A stretch of DNA of 64,000 nucleotides, taken from the NCBI GenBank assembly GCA_964057225.1, contig OZ059899.1:2914001-2978000 (forward strand), in the 5' to 3' direction. The stretch's first letter is position 1. Every line of letters begins with the position of its first letter. Below the pieces are notes generated by a model. The model made no database searches. It had not been told where the DNA came from and saw only the letters and a list, made by a program, of their open reading frames with translations. Source of the stretch: Auanema rhodensis (Eukaryota; Animalia; Nematoda). The position numbers were made by a program, and so were the translations under genes. Of the stretch, positions 27,873 to 39,500 are shown piece after piece.

Positions 27873-30800
27873 GCTAGCGCAAATCTGATAACACAGATCG
27901 ACGCAGCTTAAAAATCCGCATCGAATGCACTATACTACATTGAGAAACGCCTGATACAAAAATTAGTTATGATCGTTTGAAAAATGATGCATTAGTGTAT
28001 GTTGAGTTTCCATGTACACTCAACATTGCTTCCAAAAACATTTTGACAAAAATTTTTTCGAAAAATTTCAAAATAATTTAGCAAAAAGTAGATGTTTTTA
28101 GATTCCATTTTTCAAGGCGAAGACGATAGACAATGTTATTCAACAAAAAAATTAATTCTTCAGGGTGAAAATCGAGGATATAAGTGTGAACTTATATCAG
28201 TTGATATCTCGGTGCATTTTTAAGCTAACGCAAATCTGATAACACAGATCGACGCAGCTTAAAAATCCGCATCGAATGCACTATACTACATTGAGAAACG
28301 CTTGATACAAAAATTAGTTATGATCGTTTGAAAAATGATGCATTTTCCTTTTTTTAAGGCAAAGACGATGGACAATGTTATTCAACGAAAAAATTAATTC
28401 TTCAGGGCGAAAATCGAGGATATAAGTGTGAACTTATATCAGTTGATATCTCGGTTCATTTTTAAGCTAGCGCAAATCTGATAACACAGATCGACGCAGC
28501 TTAAAAATCCGCATCGAATGCACTATACTACATTGAGAAACGCCTGATACAAAAATTAGTTATGATCGTTTGAAAAATGATGCATTAGTGTATGTTGAGT
28601 TTCCATGTACACTCAACATTGCTTCCAAAAACATTTTGACAAAAATTTTCTCGAAAAATTTCAAAATAATTATGCAAAAAGTAGATGTTTTTAGATTCCT
28701 TTTTTTAAGGCAAAGACGATGGACAATGTTATTCAACGAAAAAATTAATTCTTCAGGGTGAAAATCGAAGATATAAGTGTGAACTTATATCAGTTGATAT
28801 CTCGGTGCATTTTTAAGCTAGCGCAAATCTGATAACACAGATCGACGCAGCTTAAAAATCCGCATCGAATGCACTATACTACATTGAGAAACGCTTAATA
28901 CAAAAATAAGTTATGATCGTTTGAAAAATGATGCATTAGTGTATGTTGAGTTACCATGTACACTCAACATTGCTTCCAAAAACATTTTGACAAAAATTTT
29001 TTCTAAAAATTTCAAAATAATTTAGCAAAAAGTAGATGTTTTTAGATTTCTTTTCTCAAGGCAAAGACGATGGACAATGTTATTCAACTAAAAAATTAAT
29101 TCTTCAGGATGAAAATCGAGGATATAAGTGTGAACTTATATCAGTTGATATCTCGGTGCATTTTTAAGCTAGCGCAAATCTGATAACACAGATCGACGCA
29201 GCTTAAAAATCCGCATCGAATGCACTATACTACATTGAGAAACGCTTAATACAAAAATAAGTTATGATCGTTTGAAAAATGATGCATTAGTGTATGTTGA
29301 GTTTCCATGTACACTCAACATTGCTTCCAAAAACATTTTGACAAAAATTTTCTCGAAAAATTTCGAAATAATTATGCAAAAAGTAGATGTTTTTAGATTC
29401 CTTTTTTTAAGGCAAAGACGATGGACAATGTTATTCAACGAAAAAATTAATTCTTCAGGGCGAAAATCGAGGATATAAGTGTGAACTTATATCAGTTGAT
29501 ATCTCGGTTCATTTTTAAGCTAGCGCAAATCTGATAACACAGATCGACGCAGCTTAAAAATCCGCATCGAATGCACTATACTACATTGAGAAACGCTTAA
29601 TACAAAAATAAGTTATGATCGTTCGAAAAATGATGCATTAGTGTATGTTGAGTTACCATGTACACTCAACATTGCTTCCAAAAACATTTTGACAAAAATT
29701 TTTTCTAAAAATTTCAAAATAATTTAGCAAAAAGTAGATGTTTTTAGATTTCTTTTTTCAAGGCAAAGACGATGGACAATGTTATTCAACGAAAAAAATA
29801 ATTCTTCAGGGTGAAAATCGAGGATATAAGTGTGAACTTATATCAGTTGATATCTCGGTGCATTTTTAAGCTAGCGCAAATCTGATAACACAGATCGACG
29901 CAGCTTAAAAATCCGCATCGAATGCACTATACTACATTGAGAAACGCCTGATACAAAAATTAGTTATGATCGTTTGAAAAATGATGCATTAGTGTATGTT
30001 GAGTTTCCATGTACACTCAACATTGCTTCCAAAAACATTTTGACAAAAATTTTTTCGAAAAATTTCAAAATAATTTAGCAAAAAGTAGATGTTTTTAGAT
30101 TCCATTTTTCAAGGCGAAGACGATAGACAATGTTATTCAACAAAAAAATTAATTCTTCAGGGTGAAAATCGAGGATATAAGTGTGAACTTATATCAGTTG
30201 ATATCTCGGTGCATTTTTAAGCTAACGCAAATCTGATAACACAGATCGACGCAGCTTAAAAATCCGCATCGAATGCACTATACTACATTGAGAAACGCTT
30301 GATACAAAAATTAGTTATGATCGTTTGAAAAATGATGCATTTTCCTTTTTTTAAGGCAAAGACGATGGACAATGTTATTCAACGAAAAAATTAATTCTTC
30401 AGGGCGAAAATCGAGGATATAAGTGTGAACTTATATCAGTTGATATCTCGGTTCATTTTTAAGCTAGCGCAAATCTGATAACACAGATCGACGCAGCTTA
30501 AAAATCCGCATCGAATGCACTATACTACATTGAGAAACGCTTAATACAAAAATTAGTTATGATCGTTTGAAAAATGATGCATTAGTGTATGTTGAGTTTC
30601 CATGTACACTCAACATTGCTTCCAAAAACATTTTGACAAAAATTTTCTCGAAAAATTTCAAAATAATTATGCAAAAAGTAGATGTTTTTAGATTCCTTTT
30701 TTTAAGGCAAAGACGATGGACAATGTTATTCAACGAAAAAATTAATTCTTCAGGGTGAAAATCGAAGATATAAGTGTGAACTTATATCAGTTGATATCTC

Positions 30801-33800
30801 GGTGCATTTTTAAGCTAGCGCAAATCTGATAACACAGATCGACGCAGCTTAAAAATCCGCATCGAATGCACTATACTATATTGAGTAACGCTTAATACAA
30901 AAATTAGTTATGATCGTTTGAAAAATGATGCATTAGTGTATGTTGAGTTTCCATGTACACTCAACATTGCTTCCAAAAACATTTTGACAAAAATTTTTTC
31001 GAAAAATTTCAAGATAATTTAGCAAAAAGTAGATGTTTTTAGATTTCTTTTCTCAAGGCAAAGACGATGGACAATGTTATTCAACTAAAAAATTAATTCT
31101 TCAGGATGAAAATCGAGGATATAAGTGTGAACTTATATCAGTTGATATCTCGGTGCATTTTTAAGCTAGCGCAAATCTGATAACACAGATCGACGCAGCT
31201 TAAAAATCCGCATCGAATGCACTATACTACATTGAGAAACGCTTAATACAAAAATAAGTTATGATCGTTTGAAAAATGATGCATTAGTGTATGTTGAGTT
31301 TCCATGTACACTCAACATTGCTTCCAAAAACATTTTGACAAAAATTTTCTCGAAAAATTTCAAAATAATTATGCAAAAAGTAGATGTTTTTAGATTCCTT
31401 TTTTTAAGGCAAAGACGATGGACAATGTTATTCAACGAAAAAATTAATTCTTCAGGGCGAAAATCGAGGATATAAGTGTGAACTTATATCAGTTGATATC
31501 TCGGTTCATTTTTAAGCTAGCGCAAATCTGATAACACAGATCGACGCAGCTTGAAAATCCGCATCGAATGCACTATACTACATTGAGAAACGCTTAATAC
31601 AAAAATAAGTTATGATCGTTTGAAAAATGATGCATTAGTGTATGTTGAGTTACCATGTACACTCAACATTGCTTCCAAAAACATTTTGACAAAAATTTTT
31701 TCTAAAAATTTCAAAATAATTTAGCAAAAAGTAGATGTTTTTAGATTTCTTTTTTCAAGGCAAAGACGATGGACAATGTTATTCAACGAAAAAAATAATT
31801 CTTCAGGGTGAAAATCGAGGATATAAGTGTGAACTTATATCAGTTGATATCTCGGTGCATTTTTAAGCTAGCGCAAATCTGATAACACAGATCGACGCAG
31901 CTTAAAAATCCGCATCGAATGCACTATACTACATTGAGAAACGCCTGATACAAAAATTAGTTATGATCGTTTGAAAAATGATGCATTAGTGTATGTTGAG
32001 TTTCCATGTACACTCAACATTGCTTCCAAAAACATTTTGACAAAAATTTTTTCGAAAAATTTCAAAATAATTTAGCAAAAAGTAGATGTTTTTAGATTCC
32101 ATTTTTCAAGGCGAAGACGATAGACAATGTTATTCAACAAAAAAATTAATTCTTCAGGGTGAAAATCGAGGATATAAGTGTGAACTTATATCAGTTGATA
32201 TCTCGGTGCATTTTTAAGCTAACGCAAATCTGATAACACAGATCGACGCAGCTTAAAAATCCGCATCGAATGCACTATACTACATTGAGAAACGCTTGAT
32301 ACAAAAATTAGTTATGATCGTTTGAAAAATGATGCATTTTCCTTTTTTTAAGGCAAAGACGATGGACAATGTTATTCAACGAAAAAATTAATTCTTCAGG
32401 GCGAAAATCGAGGATATAAGTGTGAACTTATATCAGTTGATATCTCGGTTCATTTTTAAGCTAGCGCAAATCTGATAACACAGATCGACGCAGCTTAAAA
32501 ATCCGCATCGAATGCACTATACTACATTGAGAAACGCTTAATACAAAAATTAGTTATGATCGTTTGAAAAATGATGCATTAGTGTATGTTGAGTTTCCAT
32601 GTACACTCAACATTGCTTCCAAAAACATTTTGACAAAAATTTTCTCGAAAAATTTCAAAATAATTATGCAAAAAGTAGATGTTTTTAGATTTTTTTTTTT
32701 AAGGCAAAGACGATGGACAATGTTATTCAACGAAAAAATTAATTCTTCAGGGTGAAAATCGAAGATATAAGTGTGAACTTATATCAGTTGATATCTCGGT
32801 GCATTTTTAAGCTAGCGCAAATCTGATAACACAGATCGACGCAGCTTAAAAATCCGCATCGAATGCACTATACTATATTGAGTAACGCTTAATACAAAAA
32901 TTAGTTATGATCGTTTGAAAAATGATGCATTAGTGTATGTTGAGTTTCCATGTACACTCAACATTGCTTCCAAAAACATTTTGACAAAAATGTTTTCGAA
33001 AAATTTCAAGATAATTTAGCAAAAAGTAGATGTTTTTAGATTTCTTTTCTCAAGGCAAAGACGATGGACAATGTTATTCAACTAAAAAATTAATTCTTCA
33101 GGATGAAAATCGAGGATATAAGTGTGAACTTATATCAGTTGATATCTCGGTGCATTTTTAAGCTAGCGCAAATCTGATAACACAGATCGACGCAGCTTAA
33201 AAATCCGCATCGAATGCACTATACTACATTGAGAAACGCTTAATACAAAAATAAGTTATGATCGTTTGAAAAATGATGCATTAGTGTATGTTGAGTTTCC
33301 ATGTACACTCAACATTGCTTCCAAAAACATTTTGACAAAAATTTTCTCGAAAAATTTCAAAATAATTATGCAAAAAGTAGATGTTTTTAGATTCCTTTTT
33401 TTAAGGCAAAGACGATGGACAATGTTATTCAACGAAAAAATTAATTCTTCAGGGCGAAAATCGAGGATATAAGTGTGAACTTATATCAGTTGATATCTCG
33501 GTTCATTTTTAAGCTAGCGCAAATCTGATAACACAGATCGACGCAGCTTAAAAATCCGCATCGAATGCACTATACTACATTGAGAAACGCTTAATACAAA
33601 AATAAGTTATGATCGTTTGAAAAATGATGCATTAGTGTATGTTGAGTTACCATGTACACTCAACATTGCTTCCAAAAACATTTTGACAAAAATTTTTTCT
33701 AAAAATTTCAAAATAATTTAGCAAAAAGTAGATGTTTTTAGATTTCTTTTTTCAAGGCAAAGACGATGGACAATGTTATTCAACGAAAAAATTAATTCTT

Positions 33801-33863
33801 CAGGGTGAAAATCGAGGATATAAGTGTGAACTTATATCAGTTGATATCTCGGTGCATTTTTAA
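27873..33863 (-). repeat. Higher-order repeat, 1997 bp (5 x 351 plus one 242-bp deleted monomer), three copies
   Basis: The deletion junction 'gatgcatt|ttcctttttttaagg' is at 28344, 30341 and 32338. ORF copies at 28570/30567/32564 and 29272/31269/33266 are all spaced 1997 bp. Confidence 0.93.
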
Positions 33864-34222
33864 GCTAGCGCAAATCTGATAACACAGATCGACGCAGCTT
33901 AAAAATCCGCATCGAATGCACTATACTATATTGAGAAACGCTTAATACAAAAATTAGTTATGATCGTTTGAAAAATGATGCATTAGTGTATGTTGAGTTT
34001 CCATGTACACTCAACATTGCTTCCAAAAACATTTTGACAAAAATTTTCTCGAAAAATTTCAAAATAATTTAGCAAAAAGTAGATGTTTTTAGATTCCTTT
34101 TTTTAAGGCAAAGACGATGGACAATGTTATTCAACGAAAAAACTAATTCTTCAGGGTGAAAATCGAGGATATAAGTGTGAACTTATATCAGTTGATATCT
34201 CGGTGCATTTTTAAGCTAGCGC

Positions 34223-35730
34223 GGACAATGTTATTCAACGAGAAAATTATTCCTTCAGGGTGAAAATCGAGGATATAAGTGTGAACTTATATCAGTTGAT
34301 ATCTCGGTGCATTTTTAAGCTAGCGCAAATCTGATAACACAGATCGACGCAGCTTAAAAATCCGCATCGAATGCACTAAACTACATTGAGAAACGCTTGA
34401 TACAAAAATTAGTTATGATCGTTTGAAAAATGATGCATTAGTGTATGTTGAGTTTCCATGTACACTCAACATTGCTTCCAAAAACATTTTGACAAAAATT
34501 TTCTCGAAAAATTTCAAAATAATTTAGCAAAAAGTAGATGTTTTTAGATTCCTTTTTTTAAGGCAAAGACGATGGACAATGTTATTCAACGAAAAAACTA
34601 ATTCTTCAGGGTGAAAATCGAGGATATAAGTGTGAACTTATATCAGTTGATATCTCGGTGCATTTTTAAGCTAGCGCGGACAATGTTATTTAACGAGAAA
34701 ATTATTCCTTCAGGGTGAAAATCGAGGATATAAGTGTGAACTTATATCAGTTGATATCTCGGTGCATTTTTAAGCTAGCGCAAATCTGATAACACAGATC
34801 GACGCAGCTTAAAAATCCGCATCGAATGCACTAAACTACATTGAGAAACGCTTGATACAAAAATTAGTTATGATCGTTTGAAAAATGATGCATTAGTGTA
34901 TGTTGAGTTTCCATGTACACTCAACATTGCTTCCAAAAACATTTTGACAAAAATTTTTTCGAAAAATTTCAAAATAATTTAGCAAAAAGTAGATGTTTTT
35001 AGATTCCATTTTTCAAGGCAAAGACGATGTACAATGTTATTTTTGCTTCCAAAAACATTTTGACAAAAATTTTCTCGAAAAATTTCAAAATAATTTAGCA
35101 AAAAGTAGATGTTTTTAGATTCCTTTTTTTAAGGCAAAGACGATGGACAATGTTATTCAACGAAAAAATTAATTCTTCAGGGTGAAAATCGAGGATATAA
35201 GTGTGAACTTATATCAGTTGATATCTCGGTGCATTTTTAAGCTAGCGCGGACAATGTTATTCAACGAGAAAATTATTCCTTCAGGGTGAAAATCGAGGAT
35301 ATAAGTGTGAACTTATATCAGTTGATATCTCGGTGCATTTTTAAGCTAGCGCAAATCTGATAACACAGATCGACGCAGCTTAAAAATCCGCATCGAATGC
35401 ACTAAACTACACTGAGAAACGCTTGATACAAAAGTTAGTTATGATCGTTTGAAAAATGATGCATTAGTGTATGTTGAGTTTCCATGTACACTCAACATTG
35501 CTTCCAAAAACATTTTGACAAAAATTTTTTCGAAAAATTTCAAAATAATTTAGCAAAAAGTAGATGTTTTTAGATTCCATTTTTCAAGGCAAAGACGATG
35601 TACAATGTTATTTTTGCTTCCAAAAACATTTTGACAAAAATTTTCTCGAAAAATTTCAAAATAATTTAGCAAAAAGTAGATGTTTTTAGATTCCTTTTTT
35701 TAAGGCAAAGACGATGGACAATGTTATTCA
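34223..35730 (-). repeat. Rearranged units: one of 455 bp (104+351) and two of 571 bp (104+467)
   Basis: The junction 'gctagcgc|ggacaatg' is at 34222, 34677 and 35248. The junction 'gtacaatgttattttt|gcttcc' is near 35043 and 35614. Confidence 0.88.
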
Positions 35731-37332
35731 ACGAAAAAATTAATTCTTCAGGGTGAAAATCGAGGATATAAGTGTGAACTTATATCAGTTGATATCTCGG
35801 TGCATTTTTAAGCTAGAGCAAATCTGATAACACAGATCGACGCAGCTTAAAAATCCGCATCGAATGCACTATACTACATTGAGAAACGCTTAATACAAAA
35901 ATTAGTTATGATCGTTTGAAAAATGATGCATTAGTGTATGTTGAGTTTCCATGTACACTCAACATTGCTTCCAAAAACATTTTGACAAAAATTTTTTCGA
36001 AAAATTTCAAGATAATTTAGCAAAAAGTAGATGTTTTTAGATTTCTTTTCTCAAGGCAAAGACGATGGACAATGTTATTCAACTAAAAAATTAATTCTTC
36101 AGGATGAAAATCGAGGATATAAGTGTGAATTTATATCAGTTGATATCTCGGTGCATTTTTAAGCTAGCGCAAATCTGATAACACAGATCGACGCAGCTTA
36201 AAAATCCGCATCGAATGCACTATACTACATTGAGAAACGCTTAATACAAAAATAAGTTATGATCGTTTGAAAAATGATGCATTAGTGTATGTTGAGTTTC
36301 CATGTACACTCAACATTGCTTCCAAAAACATTTTGACAAAAATTTTCTCGAAAAATTTCAAAATAATTATGCAAAAAGTAGATGTTTTTAGATTCCTTTT
36401 TTTAAGGCAAAGACGATGGACAATGTTATTCAACGAAAAAATTAATTCTTCAGGGCGAAAATCGAGGATATAAGTGTGAACTTATATCAGTTGATATCTC
36501 GGTTCATTTTTAAGCTAGCGCAAATCTGATAACACAGATCGACGCAGCTTAAAAATCCGCATCGAATGCACTATACTACATTGAGAAACGCTTAATACAA
36601 AAATTAGTTATGATCGTTTGAAAAATGATGCATTAGTGTATGTTGAGTTTCCATGTACACTCAACATTGCTTCCAAAAACATTTTGACAAAAATTTTCTC
36701 GAAAAATTTCAAAATAATTATGCAAAAAGTAGATGTTTTTAGATTCCTTTTTTTAAGGCAAAGACGATGGACAATGTTATTCAACGAAAAAATTAATTCT
36801 TCAGGGTGAAAATCGAAGATATAAGTGTGAACTTATATCAGTTGATATCTCGGTGCATTTTTAAGCTAGCGCAAATCTGATAACACAGATCGACGCAGCT
36901 TAAAAATCCGCATCGAATGCACTATACTATATTGAGTAACGCTTAATACAAAAATTAGTTATGATCGTTTGAAAAATGATGCATTAGTGTATGTTGAGTT
37001 TCCATGTACACTCAACATTGCTTCCAAAAACATTTTGACAAAAATTTTTTCGAAAAATTTCAAGATAATTTAGCAAAAAGTAGATGTTTTTAGATTTCTT
37101 TTCTCAAGGCAAAGACGATGGACAATGTTATTCAACTAAAAAATTAATTCTTCAGGATGAAAATCGAGGATATAAGTGTGAACTTATATCAGTTGATATC
37201 TCGGTGCATTTTTAAGCTAGCGCAAATCTGATAACACAGATCGACGCAGCTTAAAAATCCGCATCGAATGCACTATACTACATTGAGAAACGCTTAATAC
37301 AAAAATAAGTTATGATCGTTTGAAAAATGATG

Positions 37333-37370
37333 CATTAGTGTATGTTGATTAGTGATCATTAGTGTATTTT
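37333..37370. other. Orientation-switch junction 2 with 16-bp templated insertion
   Basis: 'cattagtgtatgttga|ttagtgatcattagtg|tattttgaaa'. The insert at 37349-37364 is built from copies of the adjacent 'cattagtgtat'. Confidence 0.92.
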
Positions 37371-39500
37371 GAAATTTTTCGAGAAAATTTTTGTCAAAAT
37401 GTTTTTGGAAGCAAAAATAACATTGTACATCGTCTTTGCCTTGAAAAATGGAATCTAAAAACATCTACTTTTTGCTAAATTATTTTGAAATTTTTCGAAA
37501 AAATTTTTGTCAAAATGTTTTTGGAAGCAATGTTGAGTGTACATGGAAACTCAACATACACTAATGCATCATTTTTCAAACGATCATAACTAATTTTTGT
37601 ATCAAGCGTTTCTCAATGTAGTTTAGTGCATTCGATGCGGATTTTTAAGCTGCGTCGATCTGTGTTATCAGATTTGCGCTAGCTTAAAAATGCACCGAGA
37701 TATCAACTGATATAAGTTCACACTTATATCCTCGATTTTCACCCTGAAGGAATAATTTTCTCGTTGAATAACATTGTCCGCGCTAGCTTAAAAATGCACC
37801 GAGATATCAACTGATATAAGTTCACACTTATATCCTCGATTTTCACCCTGAAGAATTAATTTTTTCGTTGAATAACATTGTCCATCGTCTTTGCCTTAAA
37901 AAAAGGAATCTAAAAACATCTACTTTTTGCTAAATTATTTTGAAATTTTTCGAGAAAATTTTTGTCAAAATGTTTTTGGAAGCAAAAATAACATTGTACA
38001 TCGTCTTTGCCTTGAAGAATGGAATCTAAAAACATCTACTTTTTGCTAAATTATTTTGAAATTTTTCGAAAAAATTTTTGTCAAAATGTTTTTGGAAGCA
38101 ATGTTGAGTGTACATGGAAACTCAACATACACTAATGCATCATTTTTCAAACGATCATAACTAATTTTTGTATCAAGCGTTTCTCAATGTAGTTTAGTGC
38201 ATTCGATGCGGATTTTTAAGCTGCGTCGATCTGTGTTATCAGATTTGCGCTAGCTTAAAAATGCACCGAGATATCAACTGATATAAGTTCACACTTATAT
38301 CCTCGATTTTCACCCTGAAGGAATAATTTTCTCGTTGAATAACATTGTCCGCGCTAGCTTAAAAATGCACCGAGATATCAACTGATATAAGTTCACACTT
38401 ATATCCTCGATTTTCACCCTGAAGAATTAATTTTTTCGTTGAATAACATTGTCCATCGTCTTTGCCTTAAAAAAAGGAATCTAAAAACATCTACTTTTTG
38501 CTAAATTATTTTGAAATTTTTCGAGAAAATTTTTGTCAAAATGTTTTTGGAAGCAAAAATAACATTGTACATCGTCTTTGCCTTGAAAAATGGAATCTAA
38601 AAACATCTACTTTTTGCTAAATTATTTTGAAATTTTTCGAAAAAATTTTTGTCAAAATGTTTTTGGAAGCAATGTTGAGTGTACATGGAAACTCAACATA
38701 CACTAATGCATCATTTTTCAAACGATCATAACTAATTTTTGTATCAAGCGTTTCTCAATGTAGTTTAGTGCATTCGATGCGGATTTTTAAGCTGCGTCGA
38801 TCTGTGTTATCAGATTTGCGCTAGCTTAAAAATGCACCGAGATATCAACTGATATAAGTTCACACTTATATCCTCGATTTTCACCCTGAAGGAATAATTT
38901 TCTCGTTGAATAACATTGTCCGCGCTAGCTTAAAAATGCACCGAGATATCAACTGATATAAGTTCACACTTATATCCTCGATTTTCACCCTGAAGAATTA
39001 ATTTTTTCGTTGAATAACATTGTCCATCGTCTTTGCCTTAAAAAAAGGAATCTAAAAACATCTACTTTTTGCTAAATTATTTTGAAATTTTTCGAGAAAA
39101 TTTTTGTCAAAATGTTTTTGGAAGCAAAAATAACATTGTACATCGTCTTTGCCTTGAAAAATGGAATCTAAAAACATCTACTTTTTGCTAAATTATTTTG
39201 AAATTTTTCGAAAAAATTTTTGTCAAAATGTTTTTGGAAGCAATGTTGAGTGTACATGGAAACTCAACATACACTAATGCATCATTTTTCAAGCGATCAT
39301 AACTAATTTTTGTATCAAGCGTTTCTCAATGTAGTTTAGTGCATTCGATGCGGATTTTTAAGCTGCGTCGATCTGTGTTATCAGATTTGCGCTAGCTTAA
39401 AAATGCACCGAGATATCAACTGATATAAGTTCACACTTATATCCTCGATTTTCACCCTGAAGGAATAATTTTCTCGTTGAATAACATTGTCCGCGCTAGC
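37365..39500 (+). repeat. Tandem run of the 571-bp composite unit (about 3.7 copies)
   Basis: 104-bp mini-monomers start at 37684, 38255, 38826 and 39397 (period 571). The 'ggaagcaa|aaataacattgtac' junctions are near 37414, 37985, 38556 and 39127. Confidence 0.92.

Larger units (their letters stand above)
22791..37348 (-). repeat. Satellite domain 2, inverted orientation, 14,558 bp
   Basis: The sequence reads as the reverse complement of the monomer ('gctagcgcaaatctgataacacagatcgacgcagc...'). The repeat-derived ORFs switch strand across this interval. Confidence 0.97.

Noticed and set aside
37349-37364. Transposon excision footprint or target-site duplication at junction 2
   Set aside because: The flanks are in opposite orientations and at different monomer positions, and the insert is explained by local templating. 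No element ends are visible.
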